Shown: in pieces, positions 53,303 to 64,000 of the stretch
Layout of the letters: each line of letters opens with the position of its first letter
How positions within the stretch are numbered: the first letter of the stretch is position 1
NCBI RefSeq assembly: GCF_006345805.1
Contig: NC_042999.1
Span: 94,798,001 to 94,862,000 of the forward strand
From: Octopus sinensis
Lineage: Eukaryota
DNA: 64,000 nt
Direction: 5' to 3'
Translations under genes and position numbers: made by a program
Notes under the pieces: generated by a model
The model's database searches: none
Told to the model about the DNA's origin: nothing
The model's input: the letters and a program-made list of their open reading frames with translations, nothing else

Positions 53303-53305
<3 letters not shown>
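53180..53305. repeat. Hairpin with 41-bp arms; the loop holds a hammerhead-like GAAA-stem III motif
   Basis: 53180-53220 vs 53265-53305 with 2 mismatches. The minus-strand loop reads ATGTCGGG..CCCGACATCC-GAAACTCGGAG. Confidence 0.75.
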
Positions 53306-53346
<41 letters not shown>

Positions 53347-55300
53347 GAGCGTGTGTGTGTGTAGGCAAGTCATAACTAAAAAAAAAATAGTGGAAACAGC
53401 AAAAGTCAAACGGACGCACACAGTGAATATATTAGAATGACACTCAGAGACTGACACAGTTTACGATGGAAAAAGAAAGGGATGAGACATTTGGAACAAA
53501 TCTCTTCGTCAGAAAGAGGAAAGTGTGAAATGTCCAAAATGAAGGAAAAGTCTAGTCCGTGAAAATTATGTTGATCGGTGTATGACTGAAAAATAACTAA
53601 CTGGAAATGGAGAGAGATAGTGATGTTTGAAGGCAGGTGAGTGCGAAAATTACCTATGTTTGTGTGTGTTTTAATATCTGTGCGCGTATGTGTTTGTGCT
53701 TATGTGAGTGATGTGTGAAGGAGCGAAGTGAATAGCTTAGTAGCAGTAGTTATCGGTCGTGAGGAGAGGTGATGTGTGTGTAAGTTCGTTGGTATTTCTG
53801 TGTGTGTACATATGACTGTGCGTGAGTGCCTATGTATGTGCATGTGTGTACGTGTGTATGTATGTGCTTGTGTATGAGCGTGTGTGAGTCGGTGTTGGTG
53901 AAGAGTTTTGGTAGAATGTGTGTGTGGTAAATATGTTTGTATTATTTGGGAGGTGTAAGTTATGTACATGGGTATGTGGAAGAGTGTAGAAGATAAATTT
54001 AAACTTGAAAAATTAAATTACATCAAAAGATCTTTAAAAATTTTAATTAGAATGAACTTTAAACATTTTTTTAATTAAAACTATAAAAATTAAATTTAAC
54101 ATAATTAATTAAATTATTCATATATTGTGTAGACAATGCAACCACTCAAGCAAAAATACTACCTAGAATGTGTACAAATAGAATACCATATGCCTTAGAA
54201 AATTAATCTCGCTGCTGAGGAGGTAGCAGCTCTCCAAAACTGTTAATTTCTTGCAACTGTACAACTCGTAGGGACTATAAGTTTGTGTTAGCGATGCAGC
54301 ATAAACTTAAATGTGCTTCGAAAAGTGTTGCCCACATTCGCTTGGAGTAACACTTGTTTATAAATGCCCTTTCATTTCTGTAACGTAGTCTATTGTTGTA
54401 AATCGGAAAAAATTAAATATTTCGTGGACTACTTGAAAAACAATACTGTCTCAGTATTGTTCAAATTAAGACTAGTACATGTCTGCGCATTGAGCTCTCT
54501 TCTTCACCTCTTTCCCATTTTTCCCCTCCCTCTTTCTCTCTCTCTCTCCCTCTGTAAATAGATGGATGGATGGATAGATAGATAGATAGATAGATACATA
54601 CATACATACATACATACATACATAGAAGCACATGCACACGCACGTGGCACTCACACGTTGTATCTGTTATATATTGTGAAACATTTACGTTTTGTTGGCT
54701 AATCAACCAATAATTACCCCCGGCGCCAACTAAATTCTATCGTTTGATGAGTGATAATTGCTCAGTACAAAATCTATTTGCTGATATAAAGGGAAGGATA
54801 AATGTATTTTTTCAGTACTATTGTATCTTATAATATAGAGTGACAGGCAATCTAGGATTTCGTGTTTATAACATTCTTGTTTATAATCGTCAGTCAAGTA
54901 TGTGCTTCAGATTAGTGTTAGCTTGAAAATGAGTCTTCAGTGAAATATATAGCCATCTAATATGTCAAGGAGTCTACTTGTATTTCAGATTTCTTGCATC
55001 AGCCAATAAAACAAATTCCACACAAAAGAAATAATTAGTTAATAATATCGCATTTGGAGGATTGAGAATAGATTAGGTTAAAATGACTGAAGATATTTGT
55101 TTGCAGTCCTTATTTTTCTCAGTTCAAGTACCGCTAAGGTTAAATTTGCTTTTCATCTTTACATGTTTGAAAAATAAGGCGTATGGAATATATTTGATCG
55201 GTTATACTCTCTGCTCTATTCAAATGGACATACTCACGTAACGACCCGATTTTATACATATTGCAGCAGTGATGGATGCACGGCAAAATGCCATGTGGTA

Positions 55301-56616
55301 CCAGATTACAGAATCGATTTGAAAAACAAAGCATTTTCGTTTTGCAATTTTTGGCGTCGAAATGAGTTTCATCTTTTTTTTTTTTGTGTGTGTGTGTGTG
55401 TGTCGACAGAGATAGATAGAGAGAGAGAGAGAAAGAAAGAAAGAAAGAGGAAGAAAGAAAGAAAGAAAAAATGGATAACATGGAAGTTGTGGTTTCAAAA
55501 TGAAAACAAAATCTTTGATTCAATATGAGCAGTAGAGGCTTTTCAACAACCTTCTTTTTACGTGGGTGACGACGTTTACATAAACTTTGAATGGTGTAAC
55601 AATATATCATAATTATATATATCATTATATATCATCATCATCATCATCGTTTCACGTCTGCTTTACATGCTGGCATGGGATGGATGGTTTGACTGAGGAC
55701 TGGCAAGCCAGGAGGCTGCAATCAGGCTCCAGTCTGTTCTGGCAGAGTTTCTACAGCTGGATGCTCTTCTTAACGCCAACCAGTCCGAGAGTGTGGCGGG
55801 TGTTTTTTTTAAGTTCCACTGGCACGGGCACCAGTCAGATTGCACTGGCATCGATCACACTCGAATAGTGCTTTTTACGTGACTCCGGCATTGGCGCGAC
55901 TGATACTTGTACCGTCGGCACGTAGAAAGTACCATTCGAGCATGGTCGTTACCCTTGCCATCTGACTGGTGCCCGTGCCAGTGGAACTTAAAAGAACAGC
56001 CACCACACTCTCAGAATGGTTGGCATTAGGAAGGGCATCCAGCTGTAGAAACCTTGCAAGACAAGACTGGAGCCTGATGCAGCTTCCTGGCTTGCCAGTC
56101 CTCAGTCAAACCGTCCAACGATGATGATACATAATGATATATATAATTATGATATATATTTCTTTACTACCCACAAGGGGCTAAACATAGAGGGGACAAA
56201 GAAGGACAGACAAAGGGATTAAGTCGATTACATCGACCCCAGTACGTAACTGGTACTTAATTTATTGACCCCGAAGGGATGAAAGGCAAAGTCAACCTCG
56301 GCGGAATTTGAGCTCAGAACGTAACGGTAGACGAAATACGGCTACGCATTTCGCCCGGCGCGTTAACGTTTCTGCCATCTCGCCGCCTATGATAATTATG
56401 ATATAATGTTACACCATTCAAAGTTTAGGTAAACTTCGTTACCCACTTACTCACTCTCTCTTTCTCTCTATCTTTCTCACATTCACTCTCTCTCTCTCTT
56501 TCTCTCTCCCTCACTCCCCCCTCTCTCTCTCTCTCCAACAATAATGAAACTCATTTCGACGCTAAAAGTTGCAAAGGGAGAATGCCTTACTTTTTTAAAT
56601 CTATTCTGCAGCCTGG
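55301..56616. repeat. Old inverted duplication (arms ~55301-55888 and ~55912-56616) including a retroposon tail with (ATC)n
   Basis: Collinear reverse-complement matches at GCGTCGAAATGAGTTTCAT, AAACTTTGAATGGTGTAACA, TTGACTGAGGACTGGCAAGCCAGG and AAGTTCCACTGGCACGGGCACCAGTCAGA. Confidence 0.85.
56161..56387 (-). mobile_element. Younger SINE inserted in the right arm of the inverted duplication, with a 14-bp TSD
   Basis: Head GGCGGCGAGATGGCAGAAACGTTAACG, core GCCTTTCATCCCTTCGGGGTCAATAAATTAAGTACC. ATAATTATGATATA occurs at 56143-56156 and 56392-56405. Confidence 0.85.
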
Positions 56617-58064
56617 GATTATTTCTTAGTCAAAATCGTGCGGGTGAAACAATAAAATAATACCGTTTTGTTTTACTTACCAGCTATTGATTTCTGTAAT
56701 ATTGTCAACAGTTTTCTACACAAGCTATGTGTATGCAGTAAAAACTATACCTACAAATGTGTTTGTATATATGTACGTGCACAAACACGCACACATACGC
56801 ACGCATATACGCACAAACACACGCACCCCCACACTTGCGCGCACACATATTTGTGTATGTATATCAGTATATATATGTGTGTTCATAAGTATATAATAAT
56901 GCATATGTACCTATTTAGAAAGACATACACTTTCAAGCACTTACTCACCTTTGCCATAACCGAAAACAAAGATATAAACTGAAGGTCTCTGAGGAACAAA
57001 TATACTTGCATGATATACCATTTTGAAATATTTGAAGTTACTATCCAAATATAGTAGTGTCCGACGTCATACACTAAATCTAAATGCTAGTAAAATTATG
57101 ATAAATGAAATCCCAAAGACACAGAAATTGCGGTCTGTCTATCTGATGGTAAAACTCGATGGTGATTTCTTCACAAAGATGACAGAAAGAAACAAACATA
57201 TCGCTGAGTGCAATTCTCAAAGGATATATTTGAGGCTGGGATGAAGGATTTCTCAAGAAATCTATGTAAACAGGAGTCTATAATCTGACGTCTTCTGCAA
57301 ACAGAAATGAGCTCATAATGCTTCACTAATGATTGATTGTCAGATACGTTCGTCTTCTCATGTTGATACGGTGTAAGAAAAGAGTGCAAAAAGGAAAAAA
57401 AAACTAACACAAATTCTAATTACAGTTAACACTAAAATCAGAAATATGTCTGGTAAGCCGTACAGGTATGCACAGCTTTAATGTGTTTTTAACCTGAGAG
57501 TATATGATAAATATCTATACGCGTTGGGATTAGGTTCTTTTCGATGTGATAGTATTTTAACAAGTTCTTTTTATACAATAACAATTGTAAAAGAAATACA
57601 ATACACAGGCTTTCGTTTTATATTATTATCAATCTTCCACATTTGTTTTTCATATCACTGTCTTCAACAATAGCTGTCGCCGTGATGAAACTCCGTTTCT
57701 CAAATCAGTTATTTTCTCATGTTTATTGCTGACATTTCTACAAATATGTAAATATATTAATTTCTTTCGACAATGATAAAGGTCAATTTTAAAGAAGGGG
57801 AGGTAAAAATCGATAGCACCGATCACAGTGTAATGACAATACGTAATTTATCGACACACCAAAGAGAAAAATGATAACGTGACCTTCGAATGATTTGAAT
57901 TCTAGTCAGAATGTTCCTGGGATTCACTACAGCATCAATTTTGGCGCAATACAGTCCGGACATCTGTAACATTTAAATATATTGAACAGTGGAAATTATT
58001 CATAAAAATTTCATGAATAATGGATTTCAGTTCTCCTAGTGAAGTATTAGTCGGGGTTTCTTTC

Positions 58065-58137
58065 TAGTAAATGAGAAACTATCCATTCTGTAAAGGTGTG
58101 TGCGCGTGGTTGCACATGAACACACACACTACATACA

Positions 58138-58184
<47 letters not shown>

Positions 58185-58249
58185 TTGCTTATGTGCAACC
58201 GCGCACAGGCACATACACCTTTATAGAATGAATAGTTTCTCATTTACTA
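58065..58249. mobile_element. Small MITE-like hairpin with a central microsatellite
   Basis: TAGTAAATGAGAAACTAT.CATTCT.TAAAGGTGT / inverted copy ending ATAGTTTCTCATTTACTA; TA at both ends. Confidence 0.65.
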
Positions 58250-58279
58250 AATATGTGTGTGTGTAGAAGCAATTATTGG

Positions 58280-59030
58280 AATAAGCAAATTAGACACATT
58301 AAATAGATTAACTACATTAAGTACATCAGTATATATGCAAAACGAGAGAATGCAAAAGGTGGAAACTTTCAGAGTATGAATGAGGGATTTATATGTATTA
58401 ATGCGTATATATTTATATAAATAGAGTACAAAGGATGTGGAGTATTGTTATTATGAGTCCGAAAGCTGTTATAATGCTGGTAGATTTTGTCCATCACAAA
58501 ATGCGGCCGTATGGATGTATTTAACATAGGAGAAGATGATCCTCCTTCCTCAAGGTAGAGAAGACCTTAGATTTCAGGTCTAAATGCAGAGAAGTTCAAA
58601 GACGGAATGTTTAAATATGGAGAACTAAAGTGTATTGGATTTGGAACTGGGGGTGGGGCTATTGAGAAAAGGAATGGTGAGAGGAGGAAAGATAGTTGAA
58701 GAAGAGTGAGGGTTTAATAATGAGGCTAGTAAGGGAATGGCAAATACTTGCCATTCCTTTTTTCACTATCTCAACCAATAATTTTATAGACTTCATTCCC
58801 ACACTTCAACAAGCTCAACACAATAGACTACCGTTCATATACTATCGACCCCACCCTTCTATTCACCTTTTTACTCCCGCTCAACCTGATCCCTCTGATA
58901 GCCTCTCTTTACCTCGTGGGATGATCTGCTGCGAAGACTTCGGAGTCTAAGTTTGAATCCTTTGAGCAGTAATAAATGTTTTCTCTACAGAGAATATCTG
59001 GATCTCATCTGTGAACTTTATACATATATA
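58280..59030. repeat. Unclassified dispersed repeat homologous to 16325-16735, with an extra ~400-bp internal segment
   Basis: Shares the anchors listed for 16325-16735; the segment ~58530-58945 is absent from that copy. Confidence 0.55.
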
Positions 59031-59081
59031 TGTGTATGTGTGTATATATGTATGTATGTATCTACGTATATATGTATATAT

Positions 59082-59375
59082 ATCATCATCATCATCATGT
59101 GACCGATCAGTCCATCAGATGTAGTTAAACATCGCTGGTCACAATGCGTTCGCATTGTTTTAGCCTTCGAATGACGCCACCCTGCTGGCTAAGCGAGCAG
59201 GCCAACAGAAGAAAAAGTGGTGAAAGAGTACAGCAGGGATCACCACACCCTGCCGGAGCATCGTGGAGCTTTTAGGTCTTTTCGCTCAATAAACACTTAC
59301 AACGCCCGGTCTGGAAATCGAAACCGCGATCCTACGACCGCGAGTCCGCTGCCCTAACCACTAGGCCATTGCGCC
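59082..59375 (-). mobile_element. Full-length tRNA-derived SINE with an (ATG)n tail
   Basis: Head GGCGCAATGGCCTAGTGGTTAGGGCAGCGGACTCGCGGTCGTAGGATCGCGGTTTCGATT (A box and B-box-like motif); the tail is shared with 37077-37196 and 43787-43905. Confidence 0.85.
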
Positions 59376-59396
59376 ATATATATATATATATATATA

Positions 59397-59445
59397 CTCT
59401 TTTACTTGTTTCAGTCATTTGACTGCGGCCATGCTGGAGCACCGC

Positions 59446-59449
<4 letters not shown>
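59397..59449 (-). mobile_element. Terminal fragment of the SINE 3' module
   Basis: CTCTTTTACTTGTTTCAGTCATTTGACTGCGGCCATGCTGGAGCACCGCCTTTA, matching 4866 and 6283. Confidence 0.75.
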
Positions 59450-59538
<89 letters not shown>

Positions 59539-60847
59539 AAGGAGTGGAGGAACTCTTTAAAGTCAACGGCCAGCCAATACTGGGTATACAAGTTTTTCCT
59601 ACTATTTCTTATGGACAGCGAGAGTGAGTGACACCTAGTTTCGTTAGGGGATCAGTTTAGAAGAAAAAAAACTATAATAAAAAATCCCGCAACTCATTGA
59701 CAGCCAATGGTGTTGATTGGTTCTTTTTGGGATATCTATTATCTTTTTTAGAGAGTGGTATTGGGTGTGTCCAAGGCCTCTCATCACTTTAAAAAGCATT
59801 ATGCACAGACATCGCTGAACGTACCGGCATGCGCATTTTATACTCGAGAACGAGGAAATGACCATCGTGTATGCATATCCTTATTCACCTTTTTTTCAAG
59901 ATTTCTTGCCAATAGAGAAAGAAGTGATTTCTAACCTAGACCCTAAGGCTCCTTCTTTAGAATTTCAACAACAGCAACAGAGTATTTTGTATGTATGTAT
60001 GTATGTATGTATGTATGTATGCATGCATATATGTATGTGCAGGTTTGCATGTTTTTTTTCTGTGTGTATTGTCATGCATATAGTTGCATAGCTAGACATG
60101 CTCATAAACTTCTGGGAAGTTTTACAGATTTTTACAGATCCAGTGATGGATTGGATCTGTAGTCCTTGAATCAGTTTTCATTTTGGTTTTGAGAAGCTTA
60201 ATTTCTTAAGATTGATATGTATGTATATATGTATGTATGTATGTATCTATGCATACATACATGCATGTATGCACGCTCGTATGTATGCATGTAAGTATGT
60301 ATGCATCTATGTATATAGATTTTGTTGAACAGGCATGTGATCTAAACAAATGCAAGTAAAATATCTTCCTCTCGCCTTATTAGCTGCACTGTGTCAATTG
60401 TAAGATACAGTCAGTTCTTTTGTATATACTATTATCGGGAAAAAGCAAGTAGTTATCTTGCGTGGAGTAGAAAATTAACAGCAGAATACAGATTAAGATA
60501 ACGGACATTTTACTAATTATAGCCAAGGAAAATAACAAAAAAGAAAAATATCTCTACACATGATCCAATTAACTATATATGTAGAAAATAATGACGTTAT
60601 ACCTGTCAAAGATAGGTAACTGACGTTGTTAATCTAGTGAGATTTATTCAATTAATTTAAAGAAGAAAGCAGTATATTTAGCAATTCACCTTTTTCCTTC
60701 TTACTGACATTCAGAAACGCGTGTTTTCTGTGACTCAGGTCCTGTTCTTATATCTACTGATATATTTTATGTGCGTGTGTACGTACACGTGAGTGTATGT
60801 GTGTATATGTGGTGCAGGTGTACACACACATGGATAATTTCACTTCA

Positions 60848-62929
60848 TCTATGACTATAAAACTCAAAATGTGTGCGCGCGTGTGCGTGCATGCATGCCT
60901 TTTTTTGCGTTTCCATATTTTTCATCCGATTTTGATGACATTTTTTTTTTTTATTAAGTGGCAAATTTACCCAGACAGGTCACTGCAGAACTACCAATAC
61001 GTAGAGATACCCACTTCTAGGAGAAAAATCGATAAAACTGAAGGGACCTCCCCCCACACACACACACACTTGTTGCAAAAAAAGAAGGCAAAAATTGCAA
61101 AAAAAGGACATATGTTGCACGCGAGAAAAGTTTTAACAGGAACGTCCGATTTTGATAATTTTGGTGTCAAAAGGACCATCACGTTGCGACATTTCACACA
61201 AATATTTTGCACTGCCATGAAACCTGATTCCCAAGAAAATTGCGAAAAACTTTTACAAAAAATCGATTTTTCGTATTTTTGCAAAGATACACTGTAGAAA
61301 ACTTTTTACTGGAAAGTCCGATTTGGTTTTTTTACGGCAAAAACTGACATGTAACAGCGGTTCTATCTGTCCAAAGGTATCCCTGTGCGATAAAATAAAA
61401 CGCGAAAAACTGTGAAAAAGACGATTTTTATACACTTTTTTCCCCTTTAAATCTTCGAAAACTTCTTACTGCTTCGGTAGATTGCATTCAAACTTTACAC
61501 AATATTTACGCTTCCTAAGGATAATGTTAGAAGACTCAAATTTGCACAGAATTCATCTGTGTATGACCAACAATTGCGAAAATCTGAATAGAAAATCGTT
61601 TTTTTTCCCTAAATACCTAATTTTTGACCGACCATGAAGGCCCACCTTTTCAGCGACAACTTATCGGGGGACTTCTCGAAGCAACTTCTCACCGTTGGTG
61701 ATGGCACAGCTCCCTCCGATGCAGTTGGAGAGATGACTGTCTGACACGTAGGCACACATGTGGACACTGTAGATGACCGCTGTTTTCCCCGATCTGCGCA
61801 TAAACTACCAAAACCTGAACTGGCTGTGCGAAAGAGCCATATTACCTCCCAAAAATACATTTGTGACGAAATTCAATGAAAACCTATTGCGAAGCCTTCC
61901 TGGAAACCTCCACACCCACAAGTCTGTGGACACTTGTGGACCAAGAAGAGGCCGTTAATTTTTTCACAGATTTCCTCAATTACAGACTAACGCCTCATCA
62001 ACTGTACCTCAAAATTGAAGCTCCGGTCATGCTGGTGGGGAATCTGGAGCCACCACGTATGTGCAACGGAACACGGTTAGTGGTAAAAAAATGTGCTGCC
62101 TCATGTTATTGAAGCATGAATTCTTACGGTTTGCGGCATCGGAGACGTCTTTATATCCAGGATACCTTTTACTCCATCAGATAAGCAATGCCTCTGTTCC
62201 TTGCGTAGACTTCAGTTACCTCTTCGACTTTACTTTGCCACGTCCATCAAAAAGTCCCAAGGCCAAACACTAACAACGACAGGCCTCCATTTAGGCTAAT
62301 CATGCTTCTCGCACGGCCGAATATACGTCGGATGCTCAAGAGTCGGATGCCCCCCCCCCCAAAAAAATCTTCGTGTTTACCCCGAAAGCCAAAACGAAAA
62401 ATGTCGTCTACCGTGAGATGCTGTAGGCCTTCTAACATACCGCACCTTCCCTACCGAACCGGTTTATGATGAGTGAGTACTACTGTGGCCATTCTTGCAA
62501 AATTACTTGTTTTTCTCCAGTCTTTTTTATTATTTTGTTCACTGTAGCTTCTCAATATCCTTGCAGATGGCTTGAGTTTTTGCATCACTGAACCCACTGT
62601 TTTTCATGTGAACGAAAAGGACGTTTATACCTGTGAACGGTTAATAATCCTTTTCAGGGCTATTATGAGAACGATAACACGGCCCCTTTCAGGGACACTT
62701 TACATTCAATTATTGCACCCCCTGCGATGCTCTTGTGGCTTTTCCAAGCCTATTCATCCTATTGCTACTACATTATTTTGGTCTATGAAGAAAATCACTT
62801 CTTCCACAATGTCAATGTTTGCTACTTAACGCAAGAAATACTCAGAGATGTACAGCGAAAAAATGGTTGAACCTATTAAGATAATTGCCGAGTACTTAGT
62901 ACCCGAGCAACGCCGGATACTCCTGCTAG
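60848..62929 (+). mobile_element. Non-autonomous Helitron with both termini and a decayed helicase C-terminus
   Basis: 5' A|TCTATGACTATAAAACTCAAAATGTGTG resembles the 11741 end. 3' CCGAGCAACGCCGG hairpin + ATACTCCTG-CTAG|T (62926-62929). The 5' boundary is less certain (alternative TC at 60753). Confidence 0.75.
61640..62426 (+). pseudogene. PIF1-family helicase remnant of a Helitron
   Basis: FSKQLLTVGDG, WLCERAILPPKN, HKSVDT, PHQLYLKIEAPVMLVGNLEPPRMCNGTRLVV, KTKNVVYREML*; homologous to 8544..8924. Confidence 0.88.
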
Positions 62930-63489
62930 TATGTAACAAATGTCCTCGAAAAAATATAATTGTTCAAATTAATATTTCACCTCCTTTCAAAAGCGATTAA
63001 AAGAGTCCGACTTATGATTTACACTACGACTTCGTAAAACCAGCCACGATTACACAAAACAGACCCATGGGTTGGGGGGTGTCACCGAATGGTCAAAGGT
63101 GTCATCCGCCAGGAGCAGGGAATCACCAACAATTGGAGGGAACAGTGACGGGATGTTACAGCGCATACCCCCATACTACTACTACTACTATTACTACTAC
63201 TCACGCTTCGTGATTACTATTAAAGGTAATTGCAAATCTTTATAAAATAATGAAATTATCGGTGAGATTATCGTGTGGAAGGATAACGCGAAATGATTTC
63301 AATTTTACGTATTACATCAGTGATCAATCAAACTCGTACAATGATGTCTATCTTTTCTTGTTTGATTGAGATATCAGCTCCTAATGGATCTTTAGACAAG
63401 CTGTTGTGAGATAACGCATATCTTAGACATTTTAAACCTGGCAGAGGTTATGTTTCTTGATCTCCATGCAGCTGCGTTTTTAAGAGACA

Positions 63490-63900
63490 AAGAGAATGAA
63501 AATACAGAAGAAGAAGGGGAGAATGAAGGGGAGAAGAGGAGGATGAGCATGAAGATAAGAAAGAGGAGGAAAATAATAAAGCAGGAGGGAAGAAACAAGA
63601 AGAGGAGGAAGAGAATGAAGAGAGGAAGAGGAGGAGATAATAAATCGGAAGGGAAGAACGAGGAAGCGGAGGAAGAGAATAAAGAGGAGTCGAAGAAAAA
63701 GGAGGAGGAGGAGGAGAATGTAGGGGAGGAAAAGAATAAGCATGAGGAGAGGAATTAAGTGGAGGAGAAAGAGAGGAAGGGGAGGAGGAGAATAAAGTCG
63801 AGGGGAAGAAAAAGAGGTGGAGGAGTAGTAGGAGATTGAAGAGGGTAGAAGGTAAAGGGGAGGAGGAGAAGGGAATGAGGAGGAGGAGGAGGAGGGGGGC
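63490..63900. repeat. Purine-rich (GA/GAG) low-complexity tract
   Basis: Direct inspection; source of the E/K/R-rich ORF 63450..63758. Confidence 0.85.
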
Positions 63901-64000
63901 GTCTCCAGCGCTAGGACAATTTTGACTTGTGGTTTGAACTCAGCGCAGAAAGATGGAATGATTACAGATATTTATGCAATAACGTAAGGTACTTCTTCAA

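Noticed and set aside
53480-53515. Minus-strand CTGACGA-AGAG..GTTC-CAAA hammerhead-like motif
   Set aside because: Core is mutated and stems I and II do not pair.
59300-59375. tRNA-like sequence
   Set aside because: No proper acceptor stem, and it runs straight into a SINE body; a SINE head rather than a tRNA gene.
60133-60161. 10-bp hairpin TACAGATCCA / TGGATCTGTA
   Set aside because: Too short to interpret without copy-number data.

Overview
AT-rich, microsatellite-dense eukaryotic DNA. The SINE, Helitron and Penelope repertoire suggests a mollusc, probably an octopus, but that is my inference. I find no supportable host protein-coding gene, rRNA, genuine tRNA gene or CRISPR array; all long ORFs come from transposons or simple repeats. 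The dominant structure is a 6.6-kb Penelope-like element (PLE) locus at 16781-23339. It consists of a 5'-truncated antisense copy (16781-19745), a ~315-bp pseudo-LTR (19744-20057), and a near-intact sense RT + GIY-YIG copy ending in a second pseudo-LTR. The two long arms form a ~2.9-kb inverted repeat. Three copies of a minimal type I hammerhead ribozyme sit in the termini; the two sense copies could cleave out a ~3.35-kb unit-length RNA. Other hammerheads with different stem sequences occur at 6618-6660 and 31667-31714, and decayed PLEs at 2345-3400 and 31141-31780. The window also holds two internally deleted Helitrons that keep both termini, the 3' end of a third, a 5'-truncated CR1/L2-type LINE, a probable L1/Tx1 fragment, several tRNA-derived SINE families, foldback/MITE elements, a ~1.3-kb inverted duplication and a ~0.7-kb tandem duplication bounded by (GATA)n. 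All alignments, translations and folds were done by eye.
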